The notes under the pieces: model-generated
What the model was told of the DNA's origin: nothing
What the model saw: only the letters and a program-made list of their open reading frames with translations
The model's database searches: none
Position numbers and translations under genes: made by a program
Source: a virus
Strand: one strand, 5' to 3'
Length of the DNA stretch: 64,000 nt
Virus record (IMG/VR): IMGVR_UViG_3300005617_000117
Span: 1-64,000 of that record
Shown: piece after piece, positions 26,801 through 35,500 of the stretch
Layout: the number at the start of each line of letters is the position of its first letter
How positions within the stretch are numbered: position 1 is the stretch's first letter

Positions 26801-28896
26801 AAATCCAAGAGGTTACTAAGACTATATCTGAAACCAAGGGCGGAACCAATCAGGCCACTGGTAAGACTCGTATACAATTAGAAGAAGAACTTGGACAATT
26901 ACAGGTTCAAAGAATAACTAAGGTCAAAGAGGCCGAAGCCGCTGGTATCCACGACACTCTTGCACTTTTGAAGGCTCAGGCCGAAGCGGAAAAAGAGGCC
27001 GCTCAGAAAGCTAAGGAACTAGCTAAGGCCCTGGATGATTTGGCTGCCGCTCAGTTCGCTTTGAAGAATGGCGTTCATGATGCTATTCGTTCATTCAATG
27101 AATTCAGTGCTTCCAAGCTGAGAGAAGAGTTTGATAAGGATGCTTCTGCTCAGGAAAATCTAAAATCCGCTCAACAGGGCGTGTTACAAGCAACACAAGG
27201 ATTGGACGGAGCCTATAAGGGATTAATATCTTCTATCTTGGCATTTAATGACGCTCTGGCATCTGCCCAGGTAGAATCTGGAATGCTAGGAATTCAGATT
27301 GCTTCGCTTGGCGGAGGTATGACGGGAATTTCCGAGAGAATCACTGCGTTAAATACTGTATTTAGCAATGCGTTCAAAGATGCGAATATTACTTTAAAGG
27401 AAAGAATCGATCTAGAGAAGCAGTTAGCAACCGAGACGTTGACGTTCTTAAAGGACGCTCAGGCACAAATTACTAATGCCGGTCTTGAAGTATTCGGTCA
27501 ATCGCCAGAGCAGAATGCCGCCCTCGGCACAGGTATTCAGGGCTTACAGGCCGTGGCCGATAAACTTGGTGGATCGTTCGATGCATTTACTAAGTTAAAT
27601 CCAGATGAATTCCAAAATATCAGTAAAGAGTTATTATCTTTGCCGACGCAATTCCGTCAGCAAATGCTTGATGCATTAAGAACGCTACCAACTACTACAA
27701 ATATCGGTGGTTTTAGCCCCGAAGAACTACAGACTGCTCTCGGTCAGGTAGGTGCTGGAATCAACGCAGATGTAGGACTTCCGGCGATTGCCGACCTCAT
27801 GTCACAGCAAAAAGAAGAACTAATGAAGTTGCAGGAACTTGCAATCCGCGACGCGGACCTTCAAGTAGCACAGGTTGTGAATGCCCAAGAACAACTTGAT
27901 ACTGCCAAGGCACAATTAGATGCAGCGAATGTAGCTGCCGATAGGGCCTCTGATGAAGTGTTGGCAGTACGTGACGAAGTATTGGCAACGAATGACGCTC
28001 TTACGGCTGCGGCAGATCAGAGAGACAAATTAACTGCTGAGCTATTAAAGACTACGGATGCGGCATCAATTCGTCAGATTGAAGCTCAGGCCCGAGAATT
28101 CGCCAATCAGGTGCCTCTATTCACTGATATCTCAGATAAACTATTGGACGTAGTAACAACAATCGGCGGCCTTCAGAATAGCGTATTCGGTGCTCAGGAA
28201 AGTCTCACAAATACTCAGAATGCTGCTCTTGGCTACATTCCTAACTTTGCAGGGGGCAATCTATCTCCTGGCGAAGCTGCTGGACTAATTCGAGCCGCTT
28301 CACGCGAGAAGCGTATGATGCCTGCGGGTGCCGGTTTGGCGGTAGCTAATACAAGCGAAGCCATTATCCCCATGCATCACAAGGGATTTATTCCTAACTA
28401 TGCGGGTGGAACGGCCAGTGCTATTTCAAGTAGCATTCAGGCTATTAATGGTACAAACGCGGCTGTGGTTGCTGCGATTACAAATTCTATCACTAATTTG
28501 ATTAGTCAACTTAATGTCAATAATAATACTAGTGATATTGATAGACAAACATTAGATAAGCTAGACAGTATTCTCTCAACTTTAGAGGAAATTTCTACAT
28601 CTAATACAGCCATTAGTGATACTGTAAGTGCTGATACTGCGACAACAGGCACTGGTGGTACACAGACTGCAACTGGCACTATCCAGCCGGTTCAGATTAA
28701 TGTCACAACCAACGGTAGACAAGTGGTAACTGTTGCTGGTCTAGATAATCTAGAACCAGCCCTAAGACAAGGTATCCGACAGGCACAGCAAGAGCAGGCT
28801 GACCAAACTTTAGGACCGGTTAATGCGGCTGTCGAAGCAATCTTTAAAGTCTTAAGAGAACGTGGTCTTATTTCTTCATTCGGTCAAGGGCAGTAA
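23833..28896 (+). CDS. tail tape measure protein (TP901-like N-terminal core)
   Basis: 1687 aa, Ala/Gln/Leu-rich and helical. TP901-type segments REQTRKTGKEIGTFAKT, LEQLGVSV...GELRPL and IAGARQ. Hydrophobic middle segments. Confidence 0.92.
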   Translation: MGRIQLEGILKIIDVDINPAVFQKISRAVSTLPSSFQQTSKAVGQTTSNVQGLTSSIAKTNQQLSLGNAFAQKFLQRMAQFAILLPIFATLNKAIQGGVKFISDFESELLNIVRIDPKNAVARIQEISDAALDIGTRFGVSAIEVIKSVKVFVQAGETISSALDKARVAAIATQVSTLDLAQAQELLIGVQKQFSNSALSNIEILDKVSKAEDLSASDAQDMADAFTAGGNALAFATKDFDYAISFIAGLREQTRKTGKEIGTFAKTVVPRLFAKGESRSALEQLGVSVQDQTGELRPLQDVLKDTKTAFDGLTEAEQVNAAKAIAGARQFESFLATLKAVNRTSEIYTATTNAGGTAANKLAIVQEKLSYQVDQTIAEFQKLAVELGNAGLLDFFKDALKAARLFAQGLEETVKVAKALGVAVVPLLGVGAFKLGKIAFGGNKGAGAIQNPIGSQQRNFASSVMQTTQGNVLRSGVSSGDAGMQFAKFQAASIAAGLALKVFSEVTKDATGKMAQASAAVGDILGAAQTGFQVAALLGPKAGLMVGVFELVIDAASKISKALEERAKDIEQIREDTAHLNASRGLALDAAAGEVLTKPILEAMQKAISKSGGVINDSFFKTINTAIKQTVGNQDLIKQAGVSADTSKADLTDVLANPQFIRNLAAAHPEFQRLNNALKDGMSLSMQQTALYRDLYAAAGGATAAIQGLLDTLKAVKERDQLRQQEAAINELLGQRNQLLRTDVPLFQTEVEQLQDRQKALGKFLDVAGAAKKDFENLAKTNPSELGFVGQGAQAQGAAQDFLKQIETAFNNAGKNGDFNLTKVIDDIVKKTTVDTTFGAEDQTPISEAEQGKMTKAAMEFVSVLQKGLSEDIERAKVDFELRQALGRQAIELAKVQKDIQEATKGALDNAELALIKLGVDANLTGEDLTNLGNLTTTQFNQIVKTGTGANDSLKNLIETFAGNGLAQAQQQARISSESFTKELDVLDGKIQEVTKTISETKGGTNQATGKTRIQLEEELGQLQVQRITKVKEAEAAGIHDTLALLKAQAEAEKEAAQKAKELAKALDDLAAAQFALKNGVHDAIRSFNEFSASKLREEFDKDASAQENLKSAQQGVLQATQGLDGAYKGLISSILAFNDALASAQVESGMLGIQIASLGGGMTGISERITALNTVFSNAFKDANITLKERIDLEKQLATETLTFLKDAQAQITNAGLEVFGQSPEQNAALGTGIQGLQAVADKLGGSFDAFTKLNPDEFQNISKELLSLPTQFRQQMLDALRTLPTTTNIGGFSPEELQTALGQVGAGINADVGLPAIADLMSQQKEELMKLQELAIRDADLQVAQVVNAQEQLDTAKAQLDAANVAADRASDEVLAVRDEVLATNDALTAAADQRDKLTAELLKTTDAASIRQIEAQAREFANQVPLFTDISDKLLDVVTTIGGLQNSVFGAQESLTNTQNAALGYIPNFAGGNLSPGEAAGLIRAASREKRMMPAGAGLAVANTSEAIIPMHHKGFIPNYAGGTASAISSSIQAINGTNAAVVAAITNSITNLISQLNVNNNTSDIDRQTLDKLDSILSTLEEISTSNTAISDTVSADTATTGTGGTQTATGTIQPVQINVTTNGRQVVTVAGLDNLEPALRQGIRQAQQEQADQTLGPVNAAVEAIFKVLRERGLISSFGQGQ

Positions 28897-28900
28897 TTAA

Positions 28901-30397
28901 ATGAATAAGTCAGTCGTCCCTAACGAGCCTATTCCGACAGTCGTAGTTAGCTACGACGGTATAGATATTACGCCCGCTCCTATTTTAACTTGGAATACCG
29001 AAACTACGTTCGCAGACGACGGTACTCGCCAAAGCACACGCACGCGAATTACGCTAGATAGCTCTATTCTTATTTTACCGTCTGGCTCTTACGAGCAGAT
29101 GTATCAGAAACAGCAAGACCTAAGAAGCGTATTTTCTACTGACTATAAAGACTTCGTTATTCGTGCCGGTGCAGCTAATAGAACTTTAGCAAGTGGTACA
29201 GTCATTGCTTCTGGTCTTCGTCCTAAAGTAAATTCAGTTAATATTGAGCCGGATGTTCATGTTACTAGATTCGATTATACTGTAGAACTTGAAGATACGT
29301 CTAGCGTTTCGGGCGTTAGCGGCTCGGTCCAAAGCTTCTCTAATCAATGGAGTTTCAAGGAGAATTCTTCTAGCTGCACGCTTGATGTAACACATACGAT
29401 TAGTGCCGAAGGCTTAAGTAGTGAGCCAGATGCATTGCAACAGGCGATGACGAGAGTAAAGGCAAATCTTGGTATTGACAAGCTGCCAATCGACTTGCCG
29501 TATTTCACGCAACCAAACGCTTCTGGCGGTTTCGGATTTATCCATCCATCCAATCCATCTGGCGGACCAATATTTGAGATTGCGGTTTCCCGCGAAGAGT
29601 CTGCCGACGTAGTTAATGGCACATACTCAGTAACAGAAGTCTTTACGATTGTTTCTGGTGTACCATTCTATTTCACAGAAAGATCCTCATCATTCTCAGA
29701 AAATGAGGACGGAATAGCAACGGTCAGCCTTCAGGGTAAAGTGCAAGGACTAGGTAGAACCTTAAGTATAGGCTATCCAGACGGTGGAGTTGGATTCGAG
29801 AGGGCACTTTCTGGATTCGTTAATTATGTTAGACCACAGTGGCCTTGGGATGCCTCCGGTATTTATGTAAAATACAAGACTCATCCAAGCGGCTTGAATC
29901 TTAATAATCCAACCAATATTTCAATCACTGAGAATAAGTGCCAGGGCACAATCGACTTCAATGTTACGTTCTCAGATGATCGTAAACTTAATCTACCAAG
30001 CGGTATTGCCGCCCTAACTTCGAGCGTAACAAGAACTGATGGTGTTCGTGTTTATGCTTCGCACCCAATTCCGTTCCGAAGACTCGGACCATTACTACAG
30101 GATATCCGTACAACTACGGAAGGCAATGTTGGGATTACTTGCCAAGCTATTGCCGAATATAGTGGTGATCCAAAGGCAGACACTAATAGGGCTATTGCCG
30201 CAGTTCAAGATGAATTAAACAGACTAAGAAGAATTCACGCTAACTCTGCCAACTTTATTACCCTTCGGGTGGCGAGCTTGGAACAACAGACGGGCGATGT
30301 TGACTTGACAGTACAGGCTACGGTTAATTACATCTTTACAGTAGACCTCGTAGATGTCATTTCTCCAACAGCAGACATTACATTAAGGGCAATTTAA
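28901..30397 (+). CDS. distal tail/hub protein
   Basis: Beta-rich 498-aa protein directly after the tape measure gene, with many xSG motifs. Confidence 0.6.
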   Translation: MNKSVVPNEPIPTVVVSYDGIDITPAPILTWNTETTFADDGTRQSTRTRITLDSSILILPSGSYEQMYQKQQDLRSVFSTDYKDFVIRAGAANRTLASGTVIASGLRPKVNSVNIEPDVHVTRFDYTVELEDTSSVSGVSGSVQSFSNQWSFKENSSSCTLDVTHTISAEGLSSEPDALQQAMTRVKANLGIDKLPIDLPYFTQPNASGGFGFIHPSNPSGGPIFEIAVSREESADVVNGTYSVTEVFTIVSGVPFYFTERSSSFSENEDGIATVSLQGKVQGLGRTLSIGYPDGGVGFERALSGFVNYVRPQWPWDASGIYVKYKTHPSGLNLNNPTNISITENKCQGTIDFNVTFSDDRKLNLPSGIAALTSSVTRTDGVRVYASHPIPFRRLGPLLQDIRTTTEGNVGITCQAIAEYSGDPKADTNRAIAAVQDELNRLRRIHANSANFITLRVASLEQQTGDVDLTVQATVNYIFTVDLVDVISPTADITLRAI

Positions 30398-30954
30398 TGA
30401 TTACTTTTCCAACAATTGAATGGTTAAATCACAGTACGACCATAGATCCTTCTGGCCACAGACATCAGAAGAATCCTACGTTCGGCTATTTAAAAAATGT
30501 GAATACACAAGTCGGTGGTGAACTTGATTTCGGCTCTGTGAATGTCGCCGTTTCTGGTCAGGTCAGCGACACGATGCTAGTTTTCCCACGAGCATCCACA
30601 TTAGGAAATGCCTCCGGGATTTTCAATCTTAGAACGTTTCTTGTTTCTTTGTCGGCCTGGGGTGCTGGCAGCTATCGTTTTCTTGAAAGAAAAACCATCC
30701 ACTTTAATAACGGCCTACACTTGACCCAGGCCGATACGGACACCCCAACAGTCGTACCTTCTACTCCTAATTTTAAAGGCACTCTTGCTCCTAACTATAC
30801 TGATGGACAGCCACACCTGTCTGGAGTATTGGATCAGGATGTCGGACAATATATGTATCTAGCTGTGTTTGTCGATACTAATGTTCCTCCTGGTACATAT
30901 GGAGGTGCTGGTCTAGGATCATTTAGATATCGACTGTTGTACGATTTCTCTTAA
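30397..30954 (+). CDS. putative virion protein (paralog of 31145..31750)
   Basis: Shared P.VVP.TPN, D.DV.Q.MY and G.YG..G.G..R...YD.S motifs. Confidence 0.65.
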   Translation: MITFPTIEWLNHSTTIDPSGHRHQKNPTFGYLKNVNTQVGGELDFGSVNVAVSGQVSDTMLVFPRASTLGNASGIFNLRTFLVSLSAWGAGSYRFLERKTIHFNNGLHLTQADTDTPTVVPSTPNFKGTLAPNYTDGQPHLSGVLDQDVGQYMYLAVFVDTNVPPGTYGGAGLGSFRYRLLYDFS

Positions 30955-30964
30955 GGAGAGTAGT

Positions 30965-31144
30965 ATGGAAGTATCGCAAGAAATTATTTTAGAAAGCGAA
31001 ACGAATTTACCTCTAGAATTACCAAAATGGATAAAGAGAATTAAAATCGGCGAACGAATCTTTCTTTTTAAGTGGACATTTGTTGGGTGGAAGCCATTAA
31101 AGCCCGACGAAGAAGAAGATATCAGAATTAGATACGGAGTATAA
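30965..31144 (+). CDS. small hypothetical protein (59 aa, not in the ORF track)
   Basis: RBS taaggaga then ATG 30965, MEVSQEIILESETNLPLELPKW...RYGV. The stop abuts the next ATG. Confidence 0.7.
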   Translation: MEVSQEIILESETNLPLELPKWIKRIKIGERIFLFKWTFVGWKPLKPDEEEDIRIRYGV

Positions 31145-31750
31145 ATGACCCTCCCTGGACCGCCAATCATAGAGATTTTTGAATATGACACTACGGAGAC
31201 AAGTAGTCCTGTAGGGAATCGTCATATTGAGGGCGGTGCTTTCGCCTTCGTTCAAAGGGTTGCTTTGGGGGCAAAAACATATACCCCAGGATCTTCGGGG
31301 ACATTAGTTTTCAGGGACATTAAATTTAATGCCGGAGTGCCCGTATCCCACATTAACTCTACAGTATCAGCCCTAACGCTCAGAATGGCCACCAGCGGGG
31401 CTAGATTATCTGATATGAAGGTGTTCTTGAGCCAAGGTTCTGCTTTAAGTGGCTCCAGGGACGTTGGCCTAGACCCTGCTATTATCCAATATGCCGCCAG
31501 TGGCATTTGGCAACCTAATCCTATCTGGACATCTGGAATAACCGGCCGCCTACCTTCGGTAGTGCCCACAACCCCTAATTTATTTAGACAGGACGGCGAT
31601 AATCGTATTGACGGGGAACAGGATGCAGATGTGTCCCAGTTTATGTATATGAATTTAATTGTACCATTTGGCTATCCTATGGGGTCTTATGGCATTACCG
31701 GTTCTGGACTTCTAAGGATAGGGATTGTATATGACTATAGTTTTGATTAG
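31145..31750 (+). CDS. putative virion protein (paralog of 30397..30954)
   Basis: Motifs shared with the paralog. SG-rich and beta-rich. Confidence 0.65.
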   Translation: MTLPGPPIIEIFEYDTTETSSPVGNRHIEGGAFAFVQRVALGAKTYTPGSSGTLVFRDIKFNAGVPVSHINSTVSALTLRMATSGARLSDMKVFLSQGSALSGSRDVGLDPAIIQYAASGIWQPNPIWTSGITGRLPSVVPTTPNLFRQDGDNRIDGEQDADVSQFMYMNLIVPFGYPMGSYGITGSGLLRIGIVYDYSFD

Positions 31751-31756
31751 TGTATT
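31748..31756 (+). promoter_or_regulatory. putative late promoter TAGTGTATT
   Basis: Motif overlapping a TAG stop, upstream of a standalone small gene. Confidence 0.65.
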
Positions 31757-31813
31757 TTAACTCCTGACCGCACATGGATGGTCATCCAATAAAAAGAAAT
31801 AGGGAGATTTTCA

Positions 31814-31999
31814 ATGGCAACGAAGAACTTTACAAGCTCTGCAAACCGTGCAAACGTGATTTTCTGGAGCTATTCAACGAAGATTGCGAACTTCACCGAC
31901 CGAAAGACGACTTCCCGTGCTCTACACGCAGAAGGTACGTCTCTCAATAACCTTGGTGTCGGCGTAACTGTAACGAATCCATTCACTATCCTAGCGTAA
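31814..31999 (+). CDS. small, probably abundant virion protein (61 aa)
   Basis: Own promoter motif, RBS agggaga and terminator. Capsid-like codon usage. Paralog of 11094..11375. Confidence 0.75.
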   Translation: MATKNFTSSANRANVIFWSYSTKIANFTDRKTTSRALHAEGTSLNNLGVGVTVTNPFTILA

Positions 32000-32034
32000 T
32001 TAGCTAACGATATACGTCAACTAATTGACGACCC

Positions 32035-32068
32035 GGCCCATACTCTATCCTGAGTGTGGGCCTTTTTT
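32035..32068 (+). terminator. intrinsic terminator
   Basis: ggcccatactc-tatcct-gagtgtgggcc followed by tttttt. A second hairpin cgtcaa-ctaa-ttgacg lies just upstream. Confidence 0.85.
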
Positions 32069-32070
32069 AT

Positions 32071-32079
32071 TAGTGTAAT
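32071..32079 (+). promoter_or_regulatory. putative late promoter TAGTGTAAT (tail-tip operon)
   Basis: Motif directly after a terminator and before the next operon. Confidence 0.7.
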
Positions 32080-32091
32080 TCTAGTTCGGGC

Positions 32092-32598
32092 GTGGCTATT
32101 TGCCTAGCCTCGGGTGATAGGGACAGTATAATGGCTAGTTACATCTTCGAACACGAAGGGAATCGTGGGCTATTAAAGCTCACGACCCACAGCGGACATG
32201 GCATTTTAATTGAATGCCACAAAGCCGATCACGAAATGTTTAAAATTGGTGGCACTGCCGCCGATTCTGTCCTTATTTTTCCAGGCATCGTCCAGTCTAT
32301 TGCCGATAAAGTGGCAACCATCCAAAGTCTTGAAAATGATGCCATGATCTTCAATGGCAGACTATATGATGAGACATTAAAAATCGGTGACGTAGCTTTT
32401 GCCATTGAATTCTATGATATTCATATGGAAGGTAAACCGCCATCATGGTTAATTGCTCCATCGCCTATCGAACAGTCTCGCATTCTATTTATTAATATTG
32501 ATTGTGTAGATGGTGGTCATTCAGTATGTAGACGTTATCGTGTCAGCCCATTTACCGGCGAATGCCGTATGATGGAGTTCAATAATGGCACTGAATAA
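32092..32598 (+). CDS. hypothetical tail-region protein (alternative start ATG 32131)
   Basis: 168-aa ORF overlapping the start of the LamG gene. Confidence 0.6.
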   Translation: MAICLASGDRDSIMASYIFEHEGNRGLLKLTTHSGHGILIECHKADHEMFKIGGTAADSVLIFPGIVQSIADKVATIQSLENDAMIFNGRLYDETLKIGDVAFAIEFYDIHMEGKPPSWLIAPSPIEQSRILFINIDCVDGGHSVCRRYRVSPFTGECRMMEFNNGTE

Positions 32599-35500
32599 CG
32601 AGGGCAATCTTGTAATTCTGAGTCCATTTAATGAACCTAGCGGTGCTGCGTTCTTTAAGAATTATGCCCCCGCTTATTTCAATAATCGTGGCAGTGGTCT
32701 AAGCTACGATTGGCACGTTCATATTACCGGCGGTGATACAAACGAACCTCAATCATGTTGGCCGGGCACAGACGGCATATTTATGCCCGAATCTGGCACA
32801 ACTCATTTTGGTTATCGAGTGCAAGGAACCGCAGAAACTAATGCGGCGGCCAATAATACCGCAGCAGAAAAAGTTCTTATTATCGGTCCTGGCGGCTGGA
32901 ACTCAAGAAGTCTTCTTTCTATTCCGCCGATTTCTCAAAGCGGCTTTACTATCGGTTATTGGATTAGTCCGCAGTCTGATGGTTTTATTAAACATGCCAC
33001 GACAGAGATCATGGCCAAGAGACATGCCGTTATTCAAAAAGGTGCTACAAACGAAGCCCTTTATCTTGGCGTGTCTGGAGCAAGACAGCAAGCCGCTCAA
33101 TTCACGCAAGACGTTTTCGCTTCAGGTTTAAGAGCGTTCGCGGTTGTCATTAATTCGACTGCGGCCAATGATCGTAGACTAGATATTCCTATTGAGTCTG
33201 GTGCTTATACGCACATCACATTTACTTACAAGCACTTTGGTACTGCCAACGAAATCACACTCTATAAGAACGGCGTTTCTGGTGCGGCGATTATTACGCC
33301 AACACAACTAGTGAGTTCTAATGCCCAGTGGGCAGATCGTCCATTAACAATTGGTGGATGCATTGACACTAACGCGGTAGGCACAGATAGATATGACGAA
33401 GCGGCTGGATGGGGCCACCTCATTTCTGGTGTTTATGCTTACGATCGTATTTTGAGTGCGGCCGAAATCGCCCAAATCCACAATCAGGGCGGACTACAAG
33501 TAGATAGTGCCTTAACTTATCCGGCATATAAAGCAGTTACTATTTCTGATCCTAGCATAGTAACTTATGCACCATTTATTAGTCCCGGTTTTATTGACGC
33601 TAGCCGTCATCACTTAAATCTATTTGCCAACCAAGACGAAGGTGCGATCGGTAACTACATTATTTGTCCTGGCCCATTCAATCATGCTATGGCATTTAAT
33701 GATACTACAAACTCTATCGACTTGGCAATTGGAACGCCGAGCGGAACTCTAATAGAATTATTGTATGGCGGAAACGGCAGCTTTACGATTGCTGGCTGGT
33801 TCTTCCAAGATAATGCGGCTGGCGTAACATCAACAACGTTCGACAATACAACGCTTTTCTCATTTGGATCAGTTGGGCCTACGGGAGAATTCGGTCCAGC
33901 TAGACAAACCGGCGGTTTCCAAGTATCTGCATCTGGTGCGGCCAACAGCGTTCGTATGTCCGCCCGCCTATATGATGGCGGCCTTGTTACTGTTGCAAAT
34001 ACAACTGTTCTTTACCACAATGACGGTGACCACTTCCTTTCGATGGCTCACCACGCGGCTCTCGTATACGACGAACAGACAAAAGGTATTGCATTTTACG
34101 TAGACGGCCTATTAAGTCAGAGCGGCACAATGCCGAACTCAATGTTGCCACAAATGCAACGGCTTGCGGGCAGCGGATATCCACTAGTTTTCTTAGGTGG
34201 AGTAATTAACGAAGCGGTTGATACTTATAGCAACGTTGGTGGTGATGACTGTGCCGTATGCGATATATTTATTGCGAACAGACCGCTACTACCCTCAGAA
34301 ATTAAGTTTATTGCCGAGAGCGGTGTAGATGTTACTCCAACCTACTATTCAGTGCATGATCCTAGGTTACGTGGCTATTGGGATTGCACGGGATCTGGAA
34401 CAAACGATCTATTAATCCGCGATACTTCTATGATTTTCTCCAGCGGTGGTATTCCTGGCCATCTTGTCCAGTGTGCCGCAGATCCTATGTGGGATAATAT
34501 AGAAGCCAGCGTTGATAAGGGGCAATTAGGTAGAACAGATAGATTTAGTTTAGCAAGAGATCCAATCAGAGGCATTACCTCGGGTGCGTGGGCGGTCATG
34601 GGTGCGAGCGATGGTATTCCTCATACCGCCTCTGTTACAGGCGAATGGAGCCGTACGTCTTCAACGGATTTCTGTCAACGTTTCCGAATGTGTTCTGATG
34701 AACGAGATATTCGTGCTCCAACGTTTATTAATGAATATATTATTGGATTTAATGTTACACCAAGCGGTTCATTGCCCACTAACTACTTCGGACAAGCTGG
34801 CCGCGAAACTAACTCGATGCTGACGCATTTTGGCGAAGTAAGTGCTACAGACTCATTCTTCTCTTATTTGACTCTACATTCTGATCCTGCTTCTGGCGTA
34901 ATCATCGTATTTGAAAGTGCAGATGGCACATCCTTAATGACTCCGCTAGTTTCTGGATCGTTAATAAATGGCATCCAGTCTAGAGTAATGTTCCATGCCA
35001 AGCCACTTCTTCCATTTAATAGTGATACATTAACTCCGATTGAGTGCTGCTTATACATTAATGGAAATCCAGTAACAAGAAATGTGTTTGCAAGTAATGC
35101 GGCGGTCGGTCCAGCGGCCCGACTATACGATCTCGACGCCAATGGTGCTGCCGACAACTGGACTATGCAAATTGGTGGACGCGGCTTAAATGACACATTC
35201 AGTTCGCAAGTAACTAGCCAAGACGGACTAGGCCAAATCTATATGAATGGCATTTTCTGCATGGTTGGAACATTCAGCAGAAACGACATTTTAAGATTGG
35301 CCGCATCTGGTATTAACTCCAGCAAGACAATAAGTAATTTCTCAAATAGTATTCCTAGTGCCCCATTAACAATCCAAGATCCAAATCTAGAGGGCTACTG
35401 GAGATTTAGTGGTCCTGATGCTGGATCTGGCATTACCGACCTAAGTTCTAAGAACAATAACTTAACAGCTATCGCTCGGTCTGTTGGTTCACAGTCTGCA

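Noticed and set aside
31757-31813. Pseudoknot or riboswitch in the leader of the 61-aa gene (tgacc/ggtca, ggatg/catcc)
   Set aside because: The stems are only 5 bp and overlap each other. Too weak to call beyond a possible 5' hairpin.
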